Shown piece by piece: positions 17,623 to 27,294 of a stretch of 64,000 nucleotides of DNA. Below the pieces are notes generated by a model. The model was not told the origin of the DNA and ran no database searches. It saw nothing but the letters and a program-made list of their open reading frames with translations. The stretch covers positions 64,001 through 128,000 of the forward strand of contig JBDREQ010000066.1 in the NCBI GenBank assembly GCA_043819555.1, in the 5' to 3' direction. The stretch is from Candidatus Zixiibacteriota bacterium. Its GTDB lineage: Bacteria; Zixibacteria; MSB-5A5; GN15; JAAZOE01. Positions within the stretch are counted from its first letter, which is position 1. The number at the start of each line of letters is the position of its first letter. The translations under genes were made by a program, and so were the position numbers.

Positions 17623-18801
17623 TTATTCGTCTTTCAGTATAATCCGATAATGCGGAAAGACTTCAACCGCCGGCATTGTCAAATTGAAAACCAAGCTATC
17701 AACAGTATTCATGCCTCCGGCGTCGTTAATAAAGTACATAGTCGTCGCCTTGCTGACACCCGATTCGGTATTTTTAACAGTTACCATGCCGTTCTCAAAA
17801 ATAAGCTGCTTGGTTGTATCCGGGAAAGTGAAATGTATAGTTGTATCAAAACCTGTCCAATCATAGGTGCGATAAAAATAATTTTTTGCCTTACTTATGT
17901 TTGGATTGCATTTAATATATACCTGGAAAGTATCTACGGTAATATAAACCAGAGGACCTGTGCTAACAGTATCGATTCTAACAAAGAAATCATTTATGGT
18001 TGTATCGATAACCATAGGATTGGTTGAAACCGTATCTAAGATCGTATCCATCTTCCGCTGGCACAATCCGGCTGAATCTACGGGCAAGTAGAAAGAGTCA
18101 ACAATTCCCCAGAAGCCCCAGAGTAAAGTGTCATAGTAAGTCGTGTCGGGATCCAAAGGTAATGGAGCTTGCGGATCCTCGATTACGTGCGCTTCACCAA
18201 ACCATTTGCCATAAAATACTTCCTGCTCATAAATCGAATCCGGAGGATTAACAAGGGTATCAAACGGATTGATAATTATATCAATCGAATCAAACTTGAA
18301 TACTGGCGGCCTTGAGGGATCAAAAGTCTTGGATGCGAAAACCCTATTGACAGAGACTACATCCCAAACCGAATCGATGGTCATCGCATAGTCAATGCGG
18401 AAAGAATCAATCCAAACAAATGTATCCGGCCTTGTGAAGCTGAACTTATACGATTGCTGTGGATTGAAACCGAAAACTACAGATGTTGTATCAATGGTCG
18501 TATCGATGTCAACAATCGTCGTATCAATTGATGTAATATATGTTCCTGAACCAAGAGTACCGACAAATCCATTGGTATCGGTATACACTGGTCCAAGCCA
18601 GCCGATATCCGGCTCAACGGTCAGGAGAACGGAATCAACTCCAAACATTTGATAATCATTATCGATTTTCAAGTGAAATACCGGATAGGTATTATGATGC
18701 TTCGGAATTGGATTTACGGTGTTGTCATCATTTGCGAACCAGTTGCATCCTGTTATTGGCAATATTAATATTGCCATCAGGAACGAAATAGCTATTCTCA
18801 T
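17623..18801 (-). CDS. Lipoprotein extremely rich in D-(S/T) motifs, unknown function
   Basis: Lipobox ITGC, RBS GGAGG; about 23 D-S/T dipeptides by hand count. Confidence 0.75.
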   Translation of the reverse strand: MRIAISFLMAILILPITGCNWFANDDNTVNPIPKHHNTYPVFHLKIDNDYQMFGVDSVLLTVEPDIGWLGPVYTDTNGFVGTLGSGTYITSIDTTIVDIDTTIDTTSVVFGFNPQQSYKFSFTRPDTFVWIDSFRIDYAMTIDSVWDVVSVNRVFASKTFDPSRPPVFKFDSIDIIINPFDTLVNPPDSIYEQEVFYGKWFGEAHVIEDPQAPLPLDPDTTYYDTLLWGFWGIVDSFYLPVDSAGLCQRKMDTILDTVSTNPMVIDTTINDFFVRIDTVSTGPLVYITVDTFQVYIKCNPNISKAKNYFYRTYDWTGFDTTIHFTFPDTTKQLIFENGMVTVKNTESGVSKATTMYFINDAGGMNTVDSLVFNLTMPAVEVFPHYRIILKDE

Positions 18802-18950
18802 TTGTTCCTCCCGAAAGTTTCGAAACGCAAGGCCATAATAATAATACTTTCGGCCCCGCCGGGCAAGAGAAATTATTCCTTTTTTGATAATCAGACGTCT
18901 TTAAATGCCAGTTTGTGTAATGAACTATAAACGAATTAAACCATACTTTT

Positions 18951-21125
18951 TTACTTTTCCCATCGCCTGCCAAACGATATTAAACCTCCGGCAACCAGCA
19001 AAATGCTTCCGGCCCAAAGGATATTCATTGCTGGTTTTTTGGAGACTTCCAGAATCAGGCGATCTTCCGGATTTTTATCAGTCAAGCCCTCAACCGAAAT
19101 ACGAACCGCCCCCTGATCAGCGTAAATCTGTTCCAGACGAACCTGATGATTTTCAAGACCTTCCATAAGGCGGACATCAATATGTTCCATCGCCCCGGCA
19201 GACTGATAAATTATCGCTGGAGTTATGACTTCCATCTGCCCCAGACTATCGGTTACCTCTATTTCCGCGCCGAATTTCATTTCTCCACCGGCGGCATGGG
19301 CGTCAGTCGCAAATCCCTTAAATACAAATGAATATGAACCAAGAGGCATCGCATGAGACCGACCAAGTATTATGCCATTTTGCACCGACATATCTTGTAT
19401 TTGTTCAGGGGCCAAATAAATATCGTATAATAAATGCCGCAAAATATACGGCTTTTTCATTAAGCCTTCAGAACGCTGGGACCAGTAAAGCTTTGGTCGA
19501 GCTTGATAAATTTCACCGCCATCTGATATCTTAAGAAGAATTTCGTTTTGAGGATTTTCAAGATGAGACGTCAGCCCCTGATATTCGATATCAAGATTAA
19601 AAAGCGAACCGGCCTCATTACGATTTATAACTATTTTTTCTCCTGAAGAATAAGCCGAAGATCCCAGAATACCCAGAAGCATCAGGGCAAATCCAAAATG
19701 GCTCAATTGAGCTCCCACCGCCTTAATTTTTCCCCGGATCAATCTTATTAAGGCAATCAGGTTTGATATGGCCGCAATCGAAACGGCAAAAATATATAAC
19801 AGATTAGTTAGTTCTATTACGCCCCACAAGTAACATACCAGGCTGATAATCAGTGCGACTATTATTGAAATGAAAATCCGTTTCAACAAATCCCTGAAGC
19901 TTCCGCTATTCCAAACCATGGCCGGAGCCAATCCGAGGAATAGTCCCATCAAAATAGCCAAAGGAAATGTAATCTTTGTATAAACGGCCGTATCTACCGC
20001 ACCGGCCTGGCCAAAGATACCCGTTATCAGCGGCCACGATGTTCCGGAAAGAACGAATAATGCAATTAAAGTCAAAACCCATACAGAGAATAATAAAGCA
20101 AACTGTTTTGAGGCCATTGACAGATTGACGGTTTGCCCCTTGATCCGATTAAATCTAATTACGAAATAATACAAGGCCAGAAGGATCGAGCCTGACATGA
20201 AACTAATAAGTAAATTATTAACTCCCAAATCGACAAAACTATGGACTGAGAAATCAGCCAGCACTCCGGAGCGGGTCAGGAAGGTGCCGTACACCACTAA
20301 TAGAAAAATCAGTATGGACATAAACAGGTTTGTTTTGGGTAGTGAGCCGACTTTCTTCTCAATTATCAATCCGTGCAATAATGCCAGCGATATCATCCAC
20401 GGAATAAAAGAGGAGTTTTCGACCGGATCCCAGGCCCAGTAACCGCCCCATCCCAGTGTCTTATAAGCCCAGAAGCCGCCCATGATATTTCCGGCGGCCA
20501 GGGTTACGGCAACAATCGTAACCGGGACGAAAACAATCGTCAGCCAGTTTTTATATTCATTTTTAATCAGGGCCGCCAGCGCGATCGCATACGGAATAGC
20601 CGCGGCCGCGTATCCGATAAATATCACTGGCGGATGAATGACCATCCAGGGATCAATCAACAAAGGATTTAATCCGGCTCCTTCCGCCTGCGGCACCGCC
20701 AGCTTTTCAAAGGGCGATAAAACCAAAAGCATAATGCAGAAAAAGAAATTTATCAGTCCGTAAACAAACATCGCATGATTGGTGTATTCACGACCTCGAT
20801 AAATCAGGTAAAAACCAAAAAAGGCAAGAAGCGCCAGCCATAATAAATAAGTTCCCTGCTGACCGGCCCAGAAAGCGGAAATGAGGTAGAATAACGGCAA
20901 ATCCGATGATGAATAATCAAATACATATTTGTACGAATAATCACCGGATATAAAATAATAAAACAAAAGAGCGCACGCCATAACCACCAGAACGGTAAAA
21001 TACTTATAACTCAAACGGCCCAGCTCGGCGAATTTCGACTTTCCTCGCAACGCCATAAAATAACTGAAAGTGCAAATCAAACTTGCGGCTGTGGTCAGTA
21101 CTATAAGAAGATTGCCCAAATTCAC
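18951..21125 (-). CDS. ccmF: Cytochrome c maturation heme lyase CcmF
   Basis: FWAGQQG, GLNPLL...MVIHPP, WGGYWAWDPVEN and TFLTRSG..SVHSF. Confidence 0.95.
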   Translation of the reverse strand: MNLGNLLIVLTTAASLICTFSYFMALRGKSKFAELGRLSYKYFTVLVVMACALLFYYFISGDYSYKYVFDYSSSDLPLFYLISAFWAGQQGTYLLWLALLAFFGFYLIYRGREYTNHAMFVYGLINFFFCIMLLVLSPFEKLAVPQAEGAGLNPLLIDPWMVIHPPVIFIGYAAAAIPYAIALAALIKNEYKNWLTIVFVPVTIVAVTLAAGNIMGGFWAYKTLGWGGYWAWDPVENSSFIPWMISLALLHGLIIEKKVGSLPKTNLFMSILIFLLVVYGTFLTRSGVLADFSVHSFVDLGVNNLLISFMSGSILLALYYFVIRFNRIKGQTVNLSMASKQFALLFSVWVLTLIALFVLSGTSWPLITGIFGQAGAVDTAVYTKITFPLAILMGLFLGLAPAMVWNSGSFRDLLKRIFISIIVALIISLVCYLWGVIELTNLLYIFAVSIAAISNLIALIRLIRGKIKAVGAQLSHFGFALMLLGILGSSAYSSGEKIVINRNEAGSLFNLDIEYQGLTSHLENPQNEILLKISDGGEIYQARPKLYWSQRSEGLMKKPYILRHLLYDIYLAPEQIQDMSVQNGIILGRSHAMPLGSYSFVFKGFATDAHAAGGEMKFGAEIEVTDSLGQMEVITPAIIYQSAGAMEHIDVRLMEGLENHQVRLEQIYADQGAVRISVEGLTDKNPEDRLILEVSKKPAMNILWAGSILLVAGGLISFGRRWEK

Positions 21126-21129
21126 GTTT

Positions 21130-21516
21130 TTAAGCCTCTTGATCCAGCCCTTGATATTTCGAAGGGCATTTTACGAGTAATTGATCTGCCATAAAAACAC
21201 CATTTTCATAACGTCCTTTGGCAACCACTGATGTCGCCTGTTCAAAATTACCGGGAACAACGCCGCCGTATATAATCCTGAGACGAAAATTAGATTCAGG
21301 ATTCTCAAGATCAGTTATTACAAATTCCAGGCGCGATTCCTCAGCGTTATAATTGACCGCGCTAAAATCAATTTTGCCCATCACCTGAACTGTTCCCTGG
21401 GCTGACGCAACTTCTTTCAGTGGAATGTACCTAACCGTCGTTTCAACAAAGGAATATAATCCCCAGGTGACAAAAACAGCAATTATCAACAAACCGGCTA
21501 TATATTTAATTTTCAA
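21130..21516 (-). CDS. ccmE: Heme chaperone CcmE, CxxxY variant
   Basis: N-terminal TM; YGGVVPGNF..VVAKG..FMADQLLVKCPSKY. Confidence 0.92.
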   Translation of the reverse strand: MKIKYIAGLLIIAVFVTWGLYSFVETTVRYIPLKEVASAQGTVQVMGKIDFSAVNYNAEESRLEFVITDLENPESNFRLRIIYGGVVPGNFEQATSVVAKGRYENGVFMADQLLVKCPSKYQGLDQEA

Positions 21517-21518
21517 TG

Positions 21519-21623
21519 TTAATCCTCGAGCTTTTTTACTTTTCTATTCAGCATCATTAAATAAATAAACAGCGCCACCCAAATAAGAAGAGTGACAGCC
21601 ATAACTGTGTAATTAGAAGTCAT
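21519..21623 (-). CDS. ccmD: CcmD small membrane protein (34 aa, absent from the ORF track)
   Basis: MTSNYTVMAVTLLIWVALFIYLMMLNRKVKKLED; ATGA overlap with the ccmC stop; lies between ccmC and ccmE. Confidence 0.85.
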   Translation of the reverse strand: MTSNYTVMAVTLLIWVALFIYLMMLNRKVKKLED

Positions 21624-22285
21624 TTCATTAACTCCTCGTAAACTTTGCGTTCTTTAACAAATACCTTAAACGTTAATTTATACATCCAGACGAACACCAT
21701 TGTAAACGCTATTAGAGCCGGGAAAAAGACCATTGCGGTCGTTCCCGACATTGTGATATTTCCCGATTCATTAACAATCGAATCCGAAGGATGCAGCGAG
21801 GGCATCACCCGTGGAATGACAAACACCAAAAAAGGGACCGCCAAAAATGCGAAAATGGCATACACCGCGGCCAGTCGTCCTCTTTTTTCAGAATCATCAA
21901 TGGCGGATCGCAGCGCAAAATAAGCCCCGTAAATAAGAAGTAGTATAAAAATTGAGGTTTCCCTCGGATCCCAATTCCAAAACGATTGCCAGGTTACTTT
22001 CGCGAAAACGGAACCGGTGATAGTCGCCAGCAGGCAGAACAAAAGTCCCAAACCGGCCGCCGCGCGCGAACGATCGTCCTCTCTAATATCACCATTCTTG
22101 AGATACCTGATTGATGTAATCATTGACATCAAAAAAGCCAATACAGCTACCCAGGCCTGAGGCACATGAAAATAGAATATACGACTGGCATCTCCGATTG
22201 ACTGCTGAGGCGCCGGAAACACAAAAGCCGCGATAATCACCCATGTCATAAGAACAAATATCGTGATTTTAAACCAACAGGACAT
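21620..22285 (-). CDS. ccmC: Heme exporter CcmC
   Basis: IFYFHVPQAW, WQSFWNWDPRET and SLHP. Confidence 0.95.
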   Translation of the reverse strand: MSCWFKITIFVLMTWVIIAAFVFPAPQQSIGDASRIFYFHVPQAWVAVLAFLMSMITSIRYLKNGDIREDDRSRAAAGLGLLFCLLATITGSVFAKVTWQSFWNWDPRETSIFILLLIYGAYFALRSAIDDSEKRGRLAAVYAIFAFLAVPFLVFVIPRVMPSLHPSDSIVNESGNITMSGTTAMVFFPALIAFTMVFVWMYKLTFKVFVKERKVYEELMK

Positions 22286-22367
22286 ATTTTATCCTCAATC
22301 TATAACCGGCAAATATATACAAATATCGAATTAAAACAAACGATTTCGCAATTAGTTCCACATAGTT

Positions 22368-23060
22368 TTAATCGTTCCATACAAATTCAAACAGCAAGAG
22401 GCTGGCGGTAATCATTACCACCGAGTATGCGATCAAAAGTTGAATTTCCGACGAGGCCGCTGAAAAGCCCGCCCCGGCGGTTAGAGCCTTCTTGGTTCCC
22501 TCAATGGCGCCAATCAATAGCGGAAGAAGAATTGGAAATGATAATACGGCAAATAAAGCCCCCTTTACTCCAGCCTTGGCTATCAAAGCCGCTATTAGCG
22601 TCGTTGTCCCCACCAATGCAACCCCGCCAAGAAACAAAACTACCATAAATAGCTCAAGATTTTGAACATTGACGTCCGTCATGATGATAAACATCGGCGT
22701 AATAATTATTTCCAGAATCGTCAATAGGATGAAGTTGAAAATCAATTTCCCCATATAGACCGCCGTTGGCTCGGCGGTCAATTTTAATATGGTTGATGTT
22801 TTGGCCTCTTCTTCACGAATAAATACCTGAGCCAGGCCCGACATCGCCGAAAAGAAAATAATTATCCAGAATAACGAAGCATATACAGCCGAATCAAGAT
22901 TCATTTGCCCTACTGAAAAGGAAACAACCGTCAAAGTGGTAATGCCAAAAAGTAAAATTGCGTTTAAGGCATAACGGGTTCTAAATTCGCAATTGATATC
23001 CTTGCGAAGAATCGCGATCGATTTAGCCATTAAGCTGGTAGAGTTTTTCGGCAAGCCCAT
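22368..23060 (-). CDS. ccmB: Heme exporter CcmB
   Basis: ILRKDINCEFR, FIREEEAKT, LFAVLSFPILLPLL; start at 23060 follows GAGGAG. Confidence 0.9.
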   Translation of the reverse strand: MGLPKNSTSLMAKSIAILRKDINCEFRTRYALNAILLFGITTLTVVSFSVGQMNLDSAVYASLFWIIIFFSAMSGLAQVFIREEEAKTSTILKLTAEPTAVYMGKLIFNFILLTILEIIITPMFIIMTDVNVQNLELFMVVLFLGGVALVGTTTLIAALIAKAGVKGALFAVLSFPILLPLLIGAIEGTKKALTAGAGFSAASSEIQLLIAYSVVMITASLLLFEFVWND

Positions 23061-23646
23061 ACTCCTCTTTTTCATTGGTCGCGATTATCAATATTCCGTT
23101 ATCTTTTTGCTTCCTGATAATTTCCGTAACCAGCCTTTTGCCTTCATCATCAAGATTGGATGTCGGCTCATCCAGTAACAAAAAAGCCGGCTTATTTAAT
23201 AACGCTACGGCATATTTAAGTCTCTGCTTCATTCCCGACGAATAAGCGGCGTATTTATCTTTACCTCTCCCTTCCAATCCAAACTCTCGAAGAGTCGTTT
23301 CTATTTCTTCTGATGTGAGAGAATCGCCTCTCATGATCGCAAAAAATTCAAGATTCTCTTCCGCTGTTAATGGATCATATAGCGTCATTTCGGGACCGAC
23401 ATAAGATAGTTTTTGACGGACTGATAAACTGTCCAGCTTCCCATTTGAATCAAAGTAACTGACTTCTCCACTGGTCGGAGAAGCCAGTCCGGCTAGAAGG
23501 CGCAATAGAGTCGTTTTCCCCGAACCATTGCGGCCGGTTATGGCCAGAGATTGTCCGCTTTGAAGCTCGAATGATACTTCTCTGAGAACCTTCCGAAACC
23601 CGAAGTTCTTGAATAATTTTTTTACTTCCAATTTGTACATTTTCAC
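23023..23646 (-). CDS. ccmA: Heme ABC exporter ATP-binding protein CcmA
   Basis: GRNGSGKTT, YSSGMKQR, LLLDEP; located in the ccm cluster. Confidence 0.9.
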   Translation of the reverse strand: MKMYKLEVKKLFKNFGFRKVLREVSFELQSGQSLAITGRNGSGKTTLLRLLAGLASPTSGEVSYFDSNGKLDSLSVRQKLSYVGPEMTLYDPLTAEENLEFFAIMRGDSLTSEEIETTLREFGLEGRGKDKYAAYSSGMKQRLKYAVALLNKPAFLLLDEPTSNLDDEGKRLVTEIIRKQKDNGILIIATNEKEEYGLAEKLYQLNG

Positions 23647-23731
23647 TCATTCAAATTAAATCATTCAAGGATAATCAATTATCATTGTCTTAATCAAGGA
23701 AAATAATTAATCCCCGCCAATCGTAAATATA

Positions 23732-26089
23732 TTGAAAATCCGAGATTGGTTCTTGACAAATTGTATTTTTCGGCAAAATTACAGATATATAAAAATCGGA
23801 GTCAATTTGAAATCGATATTAAACATTGGCATAGTCTGTCTTTTTTCGTTTTGTCTGCCAATCTTGACAGAGGTTGTCCAATCAGATGTAATTCTGGTGC
23901 CGAGCAAGCAAATCACAATTCAAAGAGGCATCTATGCCGCGTCAGTAGGCGATACTGTTTTAGTGGCGCCCGGTTCTTACTCCGGTCCGGGCAATTCCCG
24001 TATAGATTTTCTTGGAAAATCAATCCTGCTAACCTCGGAAGGCGGCTCAGAATTGACAACTATACTTGCCTCAGGAGAATCCCGCTCAGTTATATTTGAA
24101 AGCGGGGAAGATTCTCTGTCTATATTGGATGGATTTACAATTTTGGGTGGTTATGAAGGCAACTTCGATTGGTCACAGCCATTTCGAGGCGGGATTTATT
24201 GCGTCGATGCCTCCCCTATAATTCGGAACTGTGTCATCCGCGATTGTTATGCCCTGGAAGGAGGTGGGTTGTTTTTATCAGGCGGCAGGCCCCGAATTGA
24301 GAACTGTCTTATAGAAAAAAATAGATCGTCTCATCGTGGTGGGGCAATCATGACATTGTGCGATCAATTGATAATCACCAATACGACTATAGCGAATAAT
24401 TGGGTTAAAACAACTGAACAGGGATGGCTGGCATCGGGAGGAGGAATAAAAAACCTTGGGAATTTATTTCTAAAAAATTGCAATATTACAGGCAACAGGG
24501 TTTCACACATTTCCAGTCTCCCCGCTCAGGATGATTTCGCGCTTGCGCTGGGCGGCGGAATCTATAGCCTATTGGGACGCATCGAAATTGATAGCTGTAT
24601 TATCGCCCGTAATTCGGCTGGCACGGGAGCGGCGCTGGTTTGCGGTCTGGCTGAAGCCTCAATATCATTTACCAAAATATTCAATAACACTTCTTCTGTT
24701 TATGCCGGAATTGTTTTTATAAGCGGCTTCCAAAACCCTCTTGAAGTACGAAATTCTACTTTTGCCTGCAATTATTCCGCTCGTGATCTCTGTGACGGAG
24801 TGGCGATACTCGGTTCTCCTTCATTTATACGAGGTGATATAGCAGATGAGGAAAACTTCGAACTGGGATATCATTCGGCTGGCGGAATCGTAAAAAATAA
24901 TCTTTTTGCCTTCAATTCATCAACGCCCATTTATAGCGATGATGCCGGTTACCCTCTTGATATTTCATTCAATAATATCTGGCATACGGTTTCCGGTTCC
25001 AATTATGGAGGCGTCATTAATAACTTGACCGGCATTGATGGAAACATCTCGTTCGATCCTCTTTTCTGTTCGGTTTCCGATAGCGGTCTTGATATTGACG
25101 TCTCTTCCCCTTGCGTCGACGGCGGAGAATCAGGAGAAATTATTGGAACCGGTGAGGTTAATTGTGATTTGTACGTTGAGAGACCCCATAAAACAACAGT
25201 CAGGTTAAATGAGATTACCCCCGCCGGAAATCAGGCAGTTTTGGATAATGTCCTCAATCAACTCCGGCCCTGGGATACTCTTCATATCACATCCGATAAT
25301 TCAACCGCGTTAATTGAGCATTTGTCTATTGATTTTCCTCTATATATTTATGGCGGCGGCAAATATCGCGACAGTTCATTTGTCATCACCAAAGATTATT
25401 CATTGCAGAATCGCCCGACTGTTACAATTACCGATTTTTCGGTTATGAGTGATTTATGGTTAAGCGGTTATCACGGCGATGGATTATTGCTGGGCTTTAA
25501 CGCTATTAGTTTTTCAAACTCTCCCGCTATAATAGACTCATCATACCTGACCGCGTTTGAATCTGATGCCGCGCTGGCAATATTCGATGCGTCCCCTCTA
25601 ATTAGAAATTGTGAAATCACCAATGGCCAATCTGCTTTCGGCAACGGAGATATAGTCGCATCACAAAATTTCTGGAATTGTCTTGACTTAATTTGTATTG
25701 ATAGCATTTTGAAATACGACAGCCTGTTTTACTCCGGCACGATCTTTGTCGAACCATTTTTAACGCAAAGCCCAATTTCAGTTGAAGATTTAGTAGTTAA
25801 TAATTTGCCGAATAAAATAATCCTCTCACAAAATTATCCCAATCCATTCAATGCTTCAACCATTATAGAATTTACTCTCCCCCGGGCCGGGCATGTGGAA
25901 TTATCCATTTATGATATTCTCGGCCGCCGCATAGCATCTCTAATTGATAAACACCTGCCCGCCGGGTCACATCAGGCTCATTGGAACGGCCAGGATGATT
26001 CCGGCAAAGACTGCCCCTCCGGAATATATTTCTATGGCCTTAAATTAAACCATCAAACAGAAATCAAGAAATTGGTACTATTGAAATAA
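23732..26089 (+). CDS. Secreted right-handed beta-helix protein with FlgD-Ig/T9SS-like C-terminal domain (start uncertain)
   Basis: TIQRGI..GDTVLVAPGSY, GGI/GGG repeats, GNISFDPLFC, SPCVD; C-terminal QNYPNPFNAST...WNGQDDSG..SGIYFY..KKLVLLK. Confidence 0.8.
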   Translation: MKIRDWFLTNCIFRQNYRYIKIGVNLKSILNIGIVCLFSFCLPILTEVVQSDVILVPSKQITIQRGIYAASVGDTVLVAPGSYSGPGNSRIDFLGKSILLTSEGGSELTTILASGESRSVIFESGEDSLSILDGFTILGGYEGNFDWSQPFRGGIYCVDASPIIRNCVIRDCYALEGGGLFLSGGRPRIENCLIEKNRSSHRGGAIMTLCDQLIITNTTIANNWVKTTEQGWLASGGGIKNLGNLFLKNCNITGNRVSHISSLPAQDDFALALGGGIYSLLGRIEIDSCIIARNSAGTGAALVCGLAEASISFTKIFNNTSSVYAGIVFISGFQNPLEVRNSTFACNYSARDLCDGVAILGSPSFIRGDIADEENFELGYHSAGGIVKNNLFAFNSSTPIYSDDAGYPLDISFNNIWHTVSGSNYGGVINNLTGIDGNISFDPLFCSVSDSGLDIDVSSPCVDGGESGEIIGTGEVNCDLYVERPHKTTVRLNEITPAGNQAVLDNVLNQLRPWDTLHITSDNSTALIEHLSIDFPLYIYGGGKYRDSSFVITKDYSLQNRPTVTITDFSVMSDLWLSGYHGDGLLLGFNAISFSNSPAIIDSSYLTAFESDAALAIFDASPLIRNCEITNGQSAFGNGDIVASQNFWNCLDLICIDSILKYDSLFYSGTIFVEPFLTQSPISVEDLVVNNLPNKIILSQNYPNPFNASTIIEFTLPRAGHVELSIYDILGRRIASLIDKHLPAGSHQAHWNGQDDSGKDCPSGIYFYGLKLNHQTEIKKLVLLK

Positions 26090-26124
26090 AAAAAGCCCCT
26101 TCTCAGTTTGAGAAAGGGCCTTTT
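26090..26124. terminator. Bidirectional terminator
   Basis: AAAAGCCCCTTCTCA-gtt-TGAGAAAGGGCCTTTT. Confidence 0.75.
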
Positions 26125-26142
26125 CATTAGTGTGAATATTCT

Positions 26143-27240
26143 TTAATGTGATTTTGCCAGAGGTGGCTGTTCAATTGAAGGGACACCTTCGGGATCGCCG
26201 GTCTCCATGTAGTTGATCGCCGATCGCAGCAGTCCCACCGCATAGCGGGTATTGTGAATGCCGCGAGATTTATCTTCATGGACAAATCCCCAGTTAAACA
26301 CCGCCCCGACTGAATCGGCATCCGGAACCAAAAGACCATCCGTTGGCTCCCAGGCATCATCTTCGGCAATGTACTCAAGCAGTCCAGCGTCAATTAACAA
26401 ACCTTTCAGTTCCTCTGTCAGATCTTCGATCTCGGTCTGGATACCCTCGGTGAAATCACCATCACCGTCGAAATCCATTGTCGCCATCCCACGATCGAAA
26501 TCATCGATTTCCAGATCGTTGATGTGACAGCCATCAACGTTACAGGCACCGGTGTTTTCCGCTTCTTCAGTTTCCATCCAGAAAGTGTGACCACCCATTA
26601 CATAATCGACGCTTACATCGTAATGGCACTTCATGCAGCCTTGGGTCACGCCACTGGAATGCCAGGAGTTCTCATAGTCGTATCCGGCGTACTCGTAGGC
26701 ATTCTCGCCAATCAGCATGTCGGACTGGTTGCTATAATGCGGTCCAAAGTGACTGCTAAGCTTGACACTGTCAGCGACGTACGTTTCTATGTTTCGGCGC
26801 CCTTTATGGCACTGGACGCAGAGATTTGAAATGCCCCGATTATAGATGGCGCCGTTACCCAATTTCACCGTAGCGGTTGTCCTGAGTTCAAAATCACCAT
26901 TCTCGTGCGGATCATGGCAGGCAAAGCAACCGACCGCATTAAAATCGCCACTGGTGATGTCCTCACCGGTAACCTTCTCGATAAATCCTTCGGTAGTGTG
27001 ACAGGCAGCACACGATCCGCTGCTCCTCATGGCTTCACCCGAAGCGTGCTTTGAATTATCATATTGACGCATTGCCAGTTTGACCGTGGTTCCCAGATCA
27101 ATACCGTAGTCGTGGCAATCGAAACAATTACTGGAGGCGTTATCAGCCAGCTCAACCGTACCGACGATTTCTCGTTCGCAGGAGACAAAGACCATCACTG
27201 CCATAATAATGATCGATGCCAAAATTGCCTTGTTCTTCAT
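26143..27240 (-). CDS. Multiheme cytochrome c lipoprotein (5 CxxCH + 1 CX4CH)
   Basis: Lipobox FVSC; CFDCH, CAACH, CFACH, CVQCH, CMKCH and CNVDGCH; start at MKNK follows GGAGGG. Confidence 0.9.
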   Translation of the reverse strand: MKNKAILASIIIMAVMVFVSCEREIVGTVELADNASSNCFDCHDYGIDLGTTVKLAMRQYDNSKHASGEAMRSSGSCAACHTTEGFIEKVTGEDITSGDFNAVGCFACHDPHENGDFELRTTATVKLGNGAIYNRGISNLCVQCHKGRRNIETYVADSVKLSSHFGPHYSNQSDMLIGENAYEYAGYDYENSWHSSGVTQGCMKCHYDVSVDYVMGGHTFWMETEEAENTGACNVDGCHINDLEIDDFDRGMATMDFDGDGDFTEGIQTEIEDLTEELKGLLIDAGLLEYIAEDDAWEPTDGLLVPDADSVGAVFNWGFVHEDKSRGIHNTRYAVGLLRSAINYMETGDPEGVPSIEQPPLAKSH

Positions 27241-27294
27241 TTTTCCCTCCTTATGGAGTTTTATTTTTGTCATTAACATTTTATTCAATTACTT

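Noticed and set aside
26143..27240. NrfA nitrite reductase
   Set aside because: No CxxCK motif and no nrfH; the context is a porin-cytochrome cluster.
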